Below, one piece after another: positions 1 through 24,888 of a stretch of DNA of 64,000 nt; position 1 is the stretch's first letter, and the number at the start of each line of letters is the position of its first letter. A program made the translations under genes and the position numbers. Below the pieces are notes generated by a model. The model made no database searches. It worked only from the letters and a program-made list of their open reading frames with translations, and was not told the origin of the DNA. Location: assembly GCA_000934665.2 (NCBI GenBank), contig KZ538463.1:1-64000 (forward strand), read 5' to 3'. Source of the stretch: Catajapyx aquilonaris. Its lineage: Eukaryota.

Positions 1-265
1 GGGCTTTTGTTCCATAGGAACGTGGATTGCTGAAAACAAGTCCATTCCCCACGGAACAAAAGCCCAAGTCCAAATCAGTAAATTTCAAAATACTGTTCCC
101 CTGATTGTTGTATCGATGCGGGAATCTCACCATATATTCGGGTGCCCTTTACGGACCTGTTTCACGAAGTCAAATGCCTAGGCCTCATTGCCATTCCCAC
201 GAAAAAAATATTTCCTTCGTACCCACCCATTTCTTGGACTGGACTTGGGCTTTTGTTCCAGAGGG
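1..265. repeat. Foldback/MITE-like repeat fragment
   Basis: GGGCTTTTGTTCC at 1-13 is inverted at 53-65, and 53-71 is an exact 19-bp inverted copy of 241-259. Confidence 0.55.
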
Positions 266-1690
266 CCATTCAATTGTTCGGGGCGTGAATGCGACGTGTT
301 TGTGCCACAACGTTCGTAGAATTGACTCTTTTTTTACATAAACTATTTATAAGCTAGTACTGCTCAACATCATGAAGCTGGAATATAACTTTTGTTGGGT
401 CAATTGAAAAATGAAAGTACACAAGTCGATAGTAAAACATGGATTCTTACAATATGTACAGTAATTATTTTTTTTTGTTTTGTTTTCAACTTCCAGTACC
501 TATGTGTTCGTTTTCACTTATCGCAAGGATGCAACTTATACATTTAAAAAAATACAGCAACGAAATTACGGTTTCAAAAAGTTTTCCGGGGGAGGAGGAG
601 TTAAAGCACATAAACTCTGCAGAAAACAGTTGGTCACTTTTCATTTCTCCCTCGCGCGCACACACACATACACACGTTTAAAAAAAATGTAACCTTTCAA
701 AGGAACTTGCACTGGGAAATCAAAATTAGGTAACTAAAGTGGAGGGGGGATGAAAAGCCATGTTTTTTTTTTCTGGATTTCAAAAAAAAAATCTTATTTA
801 AAACTCCACGAGTAACTATTATGCTTGATGGTTAACCTGCATTTATATGGGAACTGAGATTCACACACGACTCGTGCGTGACACAAGCGCGATTATTTTC
901 CAATGGAACAAAAAAAATTATTGAAACACAATCAATTGACGGTGACAGGAAAAAAACCGGGCTTAAGAACTAATTAACAACATGTACTCTTCACATCCGC
1001 ACAAACCGAATGCCAAAAAAGGTACGCCCTTCATTACCTGCGATCAACTGGCAAAAAAATGGTTGAAATAATTATGTGTACACAACACGATGTTGTGTCG
1101 TTCAAAACAGAAAAAGGGCAGCTGATTATTTTCCGGCATTTCTTTTGTGTGTGTTACACACGAAACTTCCGCAAGGCAATGCAATTTACTAAGCAAGACC
1201 TATAACCGCAGAAGTTCAATTAAAAACAAATGCGCAATTATCCACACACCCTCTCACTCCATATTTAAGTGTCATGAAAAGAAACACTTGCCCAATGTGG
1301 GCAGGGGTGGGAAGGTCGGGCCAGGTCATCTCAAAATTGTCTTTGTTTTTTTTAGACCATGCCGCTTCCTTTTTTTTTTTTACCTTAAAAAAAGTTGGGT
1401 TGTTTTTCAAACAAAATCCGAAATATCTTTTTTTTTAGTCTCAAAACAGGTCACAGGTAGCACCATTTCACTCGCAACACCATCCCGAGGTGGGGGTTTT
1501 CAAAAATACCTGCAGGGAATGGGCACAACTGCCTTTGGTTTTTAGTTATCCACCGGTGGACAGGCGACGCTGGTTCATACGTCACAAAAAAAACGGTAAA
1601 AATTACTTATCAATAACGTTGTTCTCGTACAATTTTGCGACATGACCGGAACTGTCAGTTTGTAAGCGGCATTTTGTTCATCTGATTCAT

Positions 1691-1765
1691 GCATTTACAT
1701 GTGAGCGATTTGATCAGCGATGTGCAGCGAAAACAATTCTAATCGCTCGCATGTAAACGTGGCCT
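1691..1765. mobile_element. Short copy of a palindromic MITE-like element, downstream of the warts stop (presumed 3' UTR)
   Basis: TTTACATGTGAGCGATT...AATCGCTCGCATGTAAAC inverted termini, the same termini as the element at 3209-3340. Confidence 0.65.
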
Positions 1766-1883
1766 AAATGTGCCTAAGTTAGTATGAATACTGATACAGT
1801 ATTCAGGCTTTTGCGTCCGAATCCAGCGTCACCTGGTAGCAGCTCACCCCCAAACCGCCTTCGTTCTACCCCCTAGAAGTGGG

Positions 1884-12133
<10,250 letters not shown>

Positions 12134-14632
12134 CTCTCACTGTGCCTCTGCCAACCGGGGAACCACAACAATGACTGCGCTACGGTGGCTGGAGACTCTG
12201 ATTCAGATTCAGGCTTGTTGTTGGACCAGTCCTCAGACCAGCCTCCATAGCGGTGGTAGTAATAGTAGTGGTGGTGGCGATGACATTGGTGATGGTAGTG
12301 GTGGTGGTGCCAATAGTTCCCTCCCAGAACCTTCATCACATGAACTGCAGAGAAATACAGATGGATCAGTTTTCATGCAACACGATCGTCAACTGAGCTA
12401 CATTGCAGCTTACAGTTACACCTTCCAAGACACACACACTCTTGCTGCTGGCCGTATCTGCTACGAGCCCATCTTTTAAATTAGAGTGCAACTGCTTTTA
12501 ATCCAAATGTATATCTTGCAGGTATCCAATTCAGATAAGAGACACAGATGGTAGCGGCACTAAGTGCACTCAGCAACAATTCCTCTCAAAGAGAATGAAA
12601 AGGTCACCACATCAAGTCTTGTTGCCATATGGCAGGTTAATTTGACAAATCACTTCCGATAAAATTTAAAAGAGTGATTGGCAGTAATTGTAGTTTCACT
12701 GCCTGCTTTTTTTCGTCAATGACCTATAAAAGCTCTCTTCTGCGCTGACGAGGAAAACATGATGCAAATTGCAAGGATTTTGAATGTACATAGCTCTAAT
12801 TTCTTTCCGCATACTGCCATTAAATGTGTCACGCATTCCACTTAAAAATCATACGGCCTGCTAAGAAGTGGTAACTCGAGAAATTACACCCTTGGTTAAG
12901 TTTTCCACTCCCAGCCAAGTATAACCCATGTACTGGAACACTCCTTGCTCAAATTACAAATTATTGCTGTTTGGCATGGTTCGTTCTGCTGAACACTGGA
13001 ATGTGACTGACGAATACCCAATGAAATTAGCACACCTCAGGTGTGTTCCAGTTGGCTGGCAAACAAAAGCATTCCAAACACCAGCAATTTGTAACTTTTG
13101 ATGCAACATGCTCCAGGCTGCATCGTCATCTAAAACGAGATGCAGCAGGGATTTTTAAAAAAAAATTTATCGAAGTTCAATTGCAGCCTAATGTAATTAT
13201 TTCTCCAAGCACAAACACGTGCAAAATTGATTTCAATAACAATTCATTTGCATTAAGCGCAGCACAAATCTGCCTATACAATGATACGGAAAATACATGT
13301 AATCTACCATAATTATTTTCACCTTACATAACCTCCACAACAATGACTCCATAATCATCCCGACAAGATCTGCCAAAAGCATATTTTCACATGGATCATA
13401 AGAATAAGCAAACTTTCTCTTAACCTTACACAAGAGATGCAAATGAACAACAATGGCTCCGCCTCGAATGGAGTGAGTCAAGAATTTATTTTAATAAACC
13501 GCGTGCCAGACAACATTTCGTTGCGACTCGCATTAAATGAGCCATCAAGACGTCGGATAATTAATGCACAAGTAACAAGGGTCTATTTATGCAAATGAAA
13601 GCCAAATGAGAATGATTTAAAAAATGCAAGGCAATTATTCGAGGATCACTGGCATGTGAAGGTCACTGTCAAGGCCAATGTGTCATACTCAAAGACACAA
13701 TTATAGCTATATATATATATTTTTTTGCATACATTTTAAGCCCTGAAGCAATGCAGCTTAAATTCATTCAGACTTATTTCATAAACCAAGTGCGATGTAA
13801 TTACCTTAATGCAGGGAAGAGTTGCGATCATGTATCCAGGTTTTCACTTTCACAGATAATTCCTATTTTGTGTAATCTTCCTCCGAACAAACTTTTCTTC
13901 CAAACACTGGGATTTTAAAATATATATTAAAAAAAAAAATTGCTCCTTTAAAATAATTCAAGGCACTTGCACTTGAGGCCACACAAATGTTAAGGCACTG
14001 GTTGCACTGTCACTTTAAAAAAAAATAGAGGTCACATTTCTGCAAGGCACTTCACTTCTAGGTCACAATCCAAATCCTCAGTTTCGTCCTGTGTAAACCT
14101 GCGGAGAAAGAACAGCACAACATTGATGAACCAATTTTTAAAAAATACAAATTGTACAGTGTTATTGTCATAAGTGCACAAAGCCTGCTGAGAGGACAGA
14201 CACAGCTGCAATTGTGGCTAGAAATCCTTACTCGTGTGTGATACATTCCCATACCTCAACATGGCATCATCAACAGCAATAGTTTCCTACCCTTATCATT
14301 ATTACAATGGCACGAATAAAAAAAAGGCACATATGCACTTGTTCACAATCTTGAGTTCACCATGCCATTCCGCCCGATTCCATTCATCCGTTCCCCCCTC
14401 CTCGCTTGTGAATGAAAGGCGAACAATTTGAACATTACGAGAGCGAAACCCGCATTTTTGTCTATCCTTACCGCCAAAGTATGCTATCAAAAAGCGCCAT
14501 AAAATGCACCCATAGAAATTATAATACTGAAGGTTACTAGATAAATGTAAACACCCGCATACTTTCCATCCAACAATAGCACGTGCCCTAGTTAGTCCCG
14601 AGTCGCAACTGCAGAACCATTGTGCACATACT

Positions 14633-15070
14633 GTACTTGTCCATTACAAAATGCGGGCAATTTGTACGTAGTGTACAAAATGCGGGTAATACGTAGCGTA
14701 CTTGTCCATTACAAAATGCGGGCAATTTGTACGTAGTGTACAAAATGCGGGTAATACGTAGTGTACTTGTCCATTACAAAATGCGGGCAATTTGTACGTA
14801 GTGTACAAAATGCGGGTAATATGTAGTGTACTTGTCCATTACAAAATGCGGGCAATTTGTACGTAGTGTACAAAATGCGGGTAATACGTAGTGTACTTGT
14901 CCATTACAAAATGCGGGCAATTTGTATGTACTGCACCATGTACATGTACCAGTACCATGTGCTGTACCATTACAAAATGCAGGCAATTTGTACATAGTGT
15001 ACTTGTCCATTACAAAATGCAGTAAATGTGTACAATATGTACTTGTTTATTACAGATTGCGGGCAATTAT
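14633..15070. repeat. 65-bp minisatellite (~4.6 near-perfect copies, then degenerate)
   Basis: Unit GTACTTGTCCATTACAAAATGCGGGCAATTTGTACGTAGTGTACAAAATGCGGGTAATACGTAGT starts at 14633, 14698, 14763, 14828 and 14893. Confidence 0.92.
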
Positions 15071-15289
15071 TGCGTATGTAATCTAGTCCGGAACATGTTT
15101 TCAGTGCGATGTAAATGAACAGTTACCAACACAGTTGTCCGTCGTTCCTTTGCCATTCGGCTGACCGACACTCTTTGCACGAACCCCGCCCAACTTCTTC
15201 ACAACCTAAACTTGCCCCACACAAAACCCACGACCCATTTTTCTCACATCCTAAACACATTTTCCACCTTCAAACAATTTGGGGTGTCC

Positions 15290-15950
15290 AGAGCCGCCAT
15301 CTTGAAATGCCACATCCATTTTTTTTTTTCCTTCCCTTATTCTTATTCTTTGCACTCTCTTTACACACTTCAGCATTACAACCTCTTTTTTCTCTACACT
15401 GTTCGTACCCCACATTTTTAACACGGTACGGCCCCACAGACAGGGGGGGGCATACTCACCAAATTCACGTCCGTTGAATCGAGCCATTTTCGAACACTAA
15501 TTCCACAGTGTTTCATTACGGAACGAACTTATAAAAAAAAAAGAAAAAAGAAAAAAAAAAAGTTGCACTTCCCACCCCTCTACTTCCCGCCCTCCCCCCC
15601 CTCCTTTTTCCGGAGGGGGGTTTTTTGAGCCCCACTCCCGTATTATTTTGTGGTGGTGGCCCACCCGTACAAATCCGGAGAAAAATTGGGGCCCAAATTC
15701 TGTCCGATATTTGGGACTTCAGAAGGGGGGGGATTAAAACTAGTGAATATTGAGGGGGGGAAAAAGGGGGGGGGGGNNNNNNNNNNNNNNNNNNNNNNNN
15801 NNNNNNNTTTTTTTTTTTTTTGACTGGAAATTTTTTTAACAAAAAATCTTGGTGGTTGAAGTTGTGGACGCCAGATGGCAGGAGTTGATGGAACGATGAC
15901 CGGTAGCAGCTGGGTCGGTACTTATCGGTGCCATGGATGTAACGAGGGTA
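15290..15950. promoter_or_regulatory. Putative bidirectional promoter region for warts (-) and NDUFAF4 (+)
   Basis: Divergent genes; YY1/Pho-type GCCGCCATCTTG at 15293-15304; candidate 5' splice donors pointing outward (minus-strand GTGAGT at ~15459, plus-strand GTAAGT at 15948). Confidence 0.5.
15777..15807. other. Assembly gap (31 N) flanked by homopolymer-rich, low-quality sequence
   Basis: Run of n characters with poly-G and poly-T flanks. Confidence 0.98.
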
Positions 15951-16084
15951 AGTAAGTGCGCATGGCTTTGTCTCATTACTTTTGCTATTAAGTACTACTA
16001 GTTCTATTATGGACTATCACTAGGACTAGTTATCAACTATCACTGAGTCTATAATAGAACTAGTTCTTATTATGATAGTAGGTA

Positions 16085-16800
16085 GGCCCACTTCTATTGT
16101 GTACTCGTACTTGTTCTATGACATGTACTATTGTGTACTCGTACTTGTTCTATGACATGTTCTATTGTGTACAGTGTACTTGTACAGTTCTGTTACGTAC
16201 TTGTACTTGGTCTACATTAGAACTAGTTCTATTACATACACTACTTTACATACAGTGTACTTGTTCGATTGTGTATTTGTACAATTCTGTTACGTACTTG
16301 TACTTGGTCTACATTAGGACTAGTTCTATTACATAAATTACTTTACATACACTTACTAGCTAGTTCTAATTATGTACTTGTACTTGGTCTACATTAGGAC
16401 TAGTTCTATTACATACATTACTTTACATACACTTACTAGTTCAAATTATGTACTTGTACTAGTTCTAATATGCACTAATGCTAGTAGGTCGACTAGTTCT
16501 ACTATGTACTATTGCTAGTAGGTGTACTGGTTCTATTATGTACACTTACTAGTTCTAATTATGTACTTGTACTAGTTCTAATTATGTACTTGTACTAGTT
16601 CTATGTACTATTGCTAGTAGGTCTACTGGTTCTATTATGTACACTTACTAGTTCTAATTATGTACACTTACTAGTTCTAATTATGTACTTGTACTAGTTC
16701 TAATTATGTACTTGTACTAGTTCTAATTATGTACTTGTACTAGTTCTACTATGTACTATTGCTAGTAGGTCTACTAGTTCTACTATGTAATAGTTCTCTT
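16085..16800. repeat. Degenerate AT-rich minisatellite with ~23-bp core ACTAGTTCTAATTATGTACTTGT
   Basis: Many tandem variants between 16500 and 16780, plus larger duplicated blocks at 16190-16440. Confidence 0.88.
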
Positions 16801-16932
16801 ATGTACTAATACTCTACTCTGCTGTTGCCAGTTAGTGTTATGTTTAATGGCTACAAGTGTACCTGGTCTAGTCTTAGTTAAGAGGAAAATGAGTTGTTAA
16901 TTGTGATTGCGTGTTTTTGTTGCAGAGTTGAT

Positions 16933-18237
16933 ATGGGAAGTGTGGCGTCGAAGGTGGGTAGGAAGCTTGTGAAGCCGGTGAAGGATTTCAATATTGAAGC
17001 GAGGGTGGAGAAGGTGATTTCTAAGGACAAACCGAGTGCGGCTCCTAGGCATGCGTCGACCAAGAAGGTGCTGGATGACATTGCTAAAGGTGAAGGGTTT
17101 TGGGCAGTTCTTACCTCCGAGATGTCAGATGCGAATTTGGTGTGTCCAGTGTGGACTAGTCACCAACTTTTGAGATAAAATCAGTGACTCAGTTTGTGAA
17201 TAACAGTCTCACTTTTAAGTTTCTGTGACTCAGGAAAAGCTGGCAGTATCTGTGACTCATGTGTCTGTAAAGCAAATTTAGAAAGTCATGTGCATTGAGT
17301 GATTCAGAAATTGTCACATTTTTACTGAAATACCTCAATGTTTCTTGTTGATTTCATGTCAGTTTGGAAATGTGGTCAAACAGCTCTATGTTGTGGTTAA
17401 TAAATAATGCACAGATTATCTGGGAAGAATTGTGAAGCGGAGGTTCACCTAACATTATTTTTGTCCTTAATTAATGTGTGTTATTTCTGTGTCACAATTT
17501 TTGCACTTCTTTGCACAAATTGGGCCTGTTACATGTACAGATTTAGTCAATGAATCTGAAACCAAATTGTTTTCTTCTATGCAGATCACCCTGAGATTCT
17601 AGAAGAGCTGAAAGCCAAAAACCAGCCACTATTGCAGCGATTAAAAGACGTGTATGTTGTTTCCACTGATCCTGAGGTAAGATTTTCTAGGGCAACTTAT
17701 GTTTGTTTAATTATGAAGAGTGAAGTGTCAATTAAATGCCAATGTTATGGGGCCAGTTAGAAGTAATATTGTTGATGTGTTTGTAATGTGTACTAGTATT
17801 TTGCATATGGATAGTTGTCATTTTTACACATTTACCTATACAAAAGTTGAATATTTGTTGTGCAGGTTGAACAGCAACCACAACCTGTAAGCGAAGACCG
17901 CCCTCTACCATTGGAGAGGAAGCCTCCGGTTGAGCCTGAATTTGGCTACCTGGAACCAACCATGATCCCAAGAGGCAGGTTCTCCTTACGGCAAGCCCTG
18001 GAGTTCATTGGTGACCATCAACAGGATCCCCAAAAATGGACCGCAGCTGTCATTGCCAAGAAGCACACCCTTGACGAGAAGCTGACAGAGAAAGTGTTGC
18101 GGTATTTCCGCACTTTTGAGCTGTACATTCCTCCTGATGACAAGCCAGGGAAGAAACCCACCTTTGCGGCTCCTTCAAGGCAGGATCAGGTGGAGAGTGG
18201 CGGAAATGTGAAAATCGGTAGTGATGATAAGACCTGA
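16933..18237 (+). CDS. NDUFAF4: NDUFAF4-like mitochondrial complex I assembly factor. Exons 16933-17089, 17585-17676, 17866-18237
   Basis: MGSVAS...FNIEARVEKVISKDKPSAAPRH, LLQRLKDVYVVSTDP and IPRGRFSLRQALEFI...WTAAVIA...LRYF match the family pattern; GT-AG introns in phase; AATAAA at 18295-18300. Confidence 0.9.
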
Positions 18238-18409
18238 ACTCCTATGCTGTGTAGTCTCAATACTCAAAATGTGATCCGGGCTGGTCCCAAAGTCAATAAA
18301 TATCTGTAGTCATACTAGTGTCATTGATATCCCGAAAGGCCAGAGATTAGATTGCAAGGTCAGCTCCATCTTGGTTTTGTTCAAGGCCAGCACTTTGATG
18401 CTCTCTAAA

Positions 18410-19588
<1,179 letters not shown>

Positions 19589-20612
19589 GCCAGACACCCG
19601 TTTTCATGGAAATGATTGTTATTTTGTTGATTTCTTCTTTTGACCTTAGAACTCTGCTTGAGCAGGGTTCAATAAAATTTTAAGTGCAGCTGCTCGTTAA
19701 AATTGTACTACAATCCCACATCACTTAAAATTCCCAGTCAAGCCTCTCCCTCAACACGTCCGTGAGCATGGGTCATGACTGAATACAATCCCTCTCGACA
19801 TATGTCACGAAAAGGTGAGAAATTCTCTTCCATATTTTGTTGGTCCCTATACATTAGGGGTGTTTGAAGTATGCAAAGTCTCGGAAGACCCTTGTCGCAT
19901 GCTGTGTTTCTGGTTTACTCTGCATTGTTACGGGGACAATCCCCGAATTGAGAAAGGCATCATGTTGATGATCCTATATGGTATTCTGCAACAATGGCGT
20001 TGGAAATGAAGCCTGACCCTGCATATTCTATCCCCTTTGCATGGGCCCCTACTCATTCAAAATTTCTGCAATTATTTGTAATAATTATAAACATGCATAT
20101 ATGAATATGTGATGCACATTAAAAGTTCATTACATAATCTAAATACAGGCCGCACCGGAGTGTAAATAAATGTTGCATGATTGTTACAAATATTCCAGAA
20201 ATCAATGCTTGTTTACTCTCTACTTTCACTTGTTTCAACAATATACTTGGACTACTTGTGGTACAGTCCTATAAAATAGGTCTTTTTCTAGGCTTTATCC
20301 GGTTTTTAAGTTAAAAGCCAACATCTTAACTTGTCATTCAATTACTCTGGTGCACATGTTGCTGACTGCTCCAATGTGAAGCAACGTAAGTAAAGAGCAA
20401 ACGTGAATACAGGCTTTTCTTCTAACAGTGGATTACTTTAGACTGTTTAGAGAGTACAGCGCGTGCTTATTGGCCAGTCCTAATTGTGAGACACTTGCTT
20501 TCAACCGCCCCTAATAAAGCGGGCTGCCTATATTGAAACTATAGATCCCAGTGCTAGAGTAAGTACAAGCAGGGCACCTCTTCTCGACCATTCCCACCCA
20601 ATTCATATACAG

Positions 20613-23600
20613 AGAAGAGAAGACCCCATTCGAGAGTGGAAGTAGAGTACGGTAACATCTGGAACAACCCAGAGGGGCCCGGTCCTCAGCCCAGAGTGTT
20701 GGTCCGCGACCATCCTGGACAGGGCGCCTCCTCGCCTGCGAAATGCGACTGCAAGAGTAAGGGCATCGATGACCCTTCCATACCACCCCCTACGACGTCG
20801 AGGCGGTCGTCAATCCCTCCGTCAAGGCGACAGAGCGATGGGTCAAAAGGGCACGGCTCTTCCGAGGAAGACAGAGACCACTACGAGAAGGTGTTGACGC
20901 CATCGTCCAGGGCGCTTTACGAAGACAAGGATCAGTTCAATTGCACCCCTAGACAGCTCCCTCCCGGCGCGACGGGGTCCCCGGGCCGAGGACGCGTGCT
21001 ATCTCCAGACGACACCCGGGGCCGCCCAGAGACCATGGAGTCGAAGGAGCTGCTGAAGAGCTTCGCCCGGCTGAAGAAGCCCTCGTGGTACAACACCCGC
21101 GGCCCGCTGAAGGACAGTGAGGTGTACGGAAGCGACTCGAGCGAGTGGCAGTCGGCTCCGGGAACCTTTCGCAGACCCAGCAGGGTGTCGTTCTTGCCCC
21201 CGACTGACACCTCCTCAGGGTTGGCGTCGTCCACGCCGACAATCATGGGCGGCTCGTCCAGGCCTCTGGCCAAGTTCAGGAACGAGGCCTACACGCCGGT
21301 CGAGATCTCGATCGCTGACTCGAGCAGCGAGGACTCGTCAGACTGGACCACTGACGGACGCGGAGGCTCCAAGATCATGAACCTGATCATCAAGGTTCGG
21401 GCGGCCATCAACAAGAAGTTCAGCAGGACGAGCCACGACGGCATATCCAACTCGGACTCGCAGGAAAGCAGCATCACTCTGGACCACGGCAGCTCCCTGA
21501 TGAGAGAGCTGATGCGGAAGGACGGCGATAAGGAGAAGACGCCGTGCTGCGGGGTGAAGAAGAACAAGCCCGAGGACATGGAACCGGCCTACGAGCCGTC
21601 CGTGTCCCACGCCACCACGTCTTGGAGGTCCACTGGCATCGCCCCGATCATCGAAGAGGTGCCTTCGGACCACAGCACCGCCACGACGGGGACAACCGGG
21701 GACGCTGACGTGTCGGACGTGGACGAAGAGCCGGAACTCGAGGAACAGGAACCGGAACCCGAGGAACCGACTCCGCCCCCGTCTCCGCCCAAAGGCGGCG
21801 GCGGCGGATGCTGCGGGAAGAAGAAGGACGACGGTGCTCCGTACCTCCCGCACGGAGTGTCCGAGGACGTGTCCAAGTACTTTCCGTCCGGAATCAAGGC
21901 CATCGACGCCGGCCAGCAGTTTCCGAGCATAACGGATCTGAACGGCAAGAACTGCCGGTGCGAACCTCCCCAGGAGCGCGAAAGCAGGGCATCACGGTCT
22001 CCGAGGCAGTCCCAGACTTCACGGCAATCGCAGACCCAGACCCCATCGTCAAAGCAGTCGCAGCAGTCGCAGCCACCACTTCAGAGGATGCAGCAGCAGC
22101 CTCCTCCAGCCCAGGAGCCTCCGCCGCCAAGGAAGCAGTACTCCCGAGAATCCGCGCCTCCTCCAGCCCAGGAACCTCCGCCGCCAAGGAAGCAGTACAC
22201 CCGAGAACCCACGCCTCCCAGGAGAGAATCTCCGAAACCTCCGCTGATTGCGTCCGCAAGCAAGCAGTCGCTTCCGTTCCAGGCGATGCCGGCCATGCAG
22301 GTGACGATGCGTCGGATCAAGGCTTCCCCTTATACCCACCAGTCGTCCCCACCGAAAGCAGAGGTCGACTGGGACAGCGTGAAGCAGAGAATCTCAGTGT
22401 CCAAGGGCAAGGCGCCGGAATCCCCTCAAGGAAGCACCCCGAAGAACGTATCGTTTCGGGTGCCGCCGACGAGGACTGTCGGAAAGACGCTGGACCAGCA
22501 CTGCCCTTGCCCGTCGTCCCGGGAGCGTAGTCCCAGTCAGGAGCGGGCAGAAAAGGCCGCTAGAACCTTTTTGGAGAGCATGACTCCGACGCAGTCGTCA
22601 CCGACAGCGCGAGACAGACCAGCACCGACATCGCCGCCAAGGGAATACTCGAATCCACAGCAGCCGCAGCGTGCACCGCCTCCCACCCGGCAATCCACAC
22701 CCCCGGTGCAAAGACAGCAGCCCCAACGACCGTCTTCGCAGCCTCTGAAGAAGCCGCAAGACTGCGAGTGTCCCTCATCCTACTGCGACGTCCGGGAACT
22801 GTCTTCGAGGCTGTCCACGGGGCAGAGGCAACCACAGCGCGAGCCGTCCCCATCACGCGCTCCAATCAGAGCAGCATCCCCGGCGCGCACTCCTCCCAGC
22901 CAATCACCTGCACGCACTCCCACTCGGGAAATGTCCCCGTCACGCTTGTCTCCTCGCCAGTTATCGCCAGCGTCGAGTCCGAGGGCATCGAATTGCAAGT
23001 GTCCCGATTACTGCGAGGAGCATCCTAACGGCCCATTTGCACAACAAAAACAACCGTCAATTCAGCGACAGTCCCAGCCTCAGAGGCAACCTTCGCCTCA
23101 ACGACAGGCGCCATCCCAACCGGTAGTGCAAAGGCAGCCATCGCCGGTTCAACGGCAAAGTCGGCCTTCACGCCTCGCGGTGCCTCCAGACTGCACATGC
23201 CCGGACGACTACTGCGAGGTGCATCCTCCCAGGCGACGCTCCATGCCTTCAGCCCCATCAGCACCCCAACCGCCAAGGCAGCCTTCGCCTCTGCCACAGC
23301 CAAGCCAACCTCAGCGACAGGCATCCCAACCTCAACAGCAGAGGCAGGCATCATCTCAAAGGCAGCCGCCACCGCAGAGTAAGCCGTCGCCTCAAAGGCA
23401 GCCACCGCCCCAAGCACCAGTGCAAAGGCAGCCGTCAACTGCGCCAAGGCAAAGTAGGCCGTCGCAACAGCCGGTCAAGCCTCCAGACTGCACTTGCCCC
23501 GAAGACTACTGCGAAGTACACCCTGGCTTCCAACAACGGCCCACTTCTCCATCCCCCTCGCCAAGAGCCGTGTCACCAGCTGCTTCGCCAAGACGTGCGT

Positions 23601-24184
23601 CGCCAGCTCCGTCGCCAAGATCCGCGTCTCCGGCTCGATCGCCTCCGCCTTCCCCCAGATCGCAGGAGCCTCCTAGACCCAGCAGAGGGCGAGTGCCCCA
23701 GACCATGCCATCCCAGGAGTCCAATCCCAACTGGCAGTACAAGATCCAGTACGCCGAAAAGCTGTTCGAGGATTCCGAGCCGTCTCTGGCTGGCATTCAG
23801 CCCATCAGAAGAACTCCCAGCTCCTCGATCCTGAAGAGCGGCCCTTCTCGCAAGCCTTCCCCGCAGCAGCCGAGGCCGTCGTCACGAGCTCCGTCGCAGC
23901 CTACTAGGTCGTTGCCATCCCAGCAGAAGCCGGTTTCGAAGCTTACTTCCCCAGCGAAGAAGTGCGGAGCCTACGAGTGCGGTCACGATGATGTCTGCAA
24001 CGAGTGCGGGTCCAGGTCGGCCACTGGAGTGCCGTCCGAGCTGATGCCGGGACAGTCGGTGGCAACCCTGGTCGGAGTTGTGTACGACTTTGACGTGCCT
24101 CAGTGCATGGAGAAGAAGGTCAAGCAGTCGAACCAGATGATGCAGCAGATGCAGCAGCAACAGCGGGCCAGCAGGCGCCGTTGA
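20613..24184 (+). CDS. Uncharacterised ~1190-aa Pro/Ser/Gln-rich protein with repeated CxCPx(1-2)YCxxHP-type motifs (ORF-A); 5' end uncertain
   Basis: Stop-free frame from 20558 to 24184, GC-rich against AT-rich flanks, ATTAAA at 24233. First in-frame ATG is at 21035. A candidate upstream mini-exon (ATG 19802 to donor 19815) spliced to the acceptor at 20612 would give MSRKEKRRPH in frame (inference). Confidence 0.8.
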
Positions 24185-24888
24185 GGAAGTAGCAGCGTTA
24201 CTCAAAGTTGTTACAGTATACCCATGAACCGGATTAAAGATTGATCGGGATTGAAAAATGTGTTGGGGAGATTCTCGTGAACTCCTACAACTTACAACGA
24301 CTGCCATATCATGAAGGAGGGGAAGGGAGACATTGTTGCACGTTCAACAGTGTTGTAACTTGAGGACTTCACGTCAGTCTCTCCGTATGTAGATGTGTTG
24401 CAAACTTTTGGTTGTATGTATGGTATTGTCGGAGTGCATAAATGTACCGTATAGTCCGTACGTGATGTGCTTATTATTAGGTTTCAGGACAGGCGTGTGA
24501 AGAGAGTCAGAGAAGCGTTCCATATGTGTTGATAAGCTAACATTGTGTAAGTTATGAGAGTTGACCCTATTGGTTCATATGCGACGTCTTCCCAAGATAG
24601 CAACCCCAACCGTTTTATCTAACCGCTCTGTTGCAAGTGTTACCTATATAGGCAGTGGTCTATTCCGTAATTTATTTTATGGTATACATGCTACAATATA
24701 CATGACCTACTGTGTTGCAGCATTTTGTATGGATATCCTGATTAATGTTTCGGTTCAAATGTGGTGTGTCCCTGGGAAAGGCGAACAAGTCAGTATTCTT
24801 ACGCGGTTAAGTTGAATATCCTCCTCCACTTACTGAAAATGTATGCAAAAAAAAATGCATCTATCTTGTAGCAAGTCAGACTATTCAC

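Noticed and set aside
15516..15842. 108-aa ORF spanning the N gap
   Set aside because: Artefact of the gap and poly-G/poly-T flanks.
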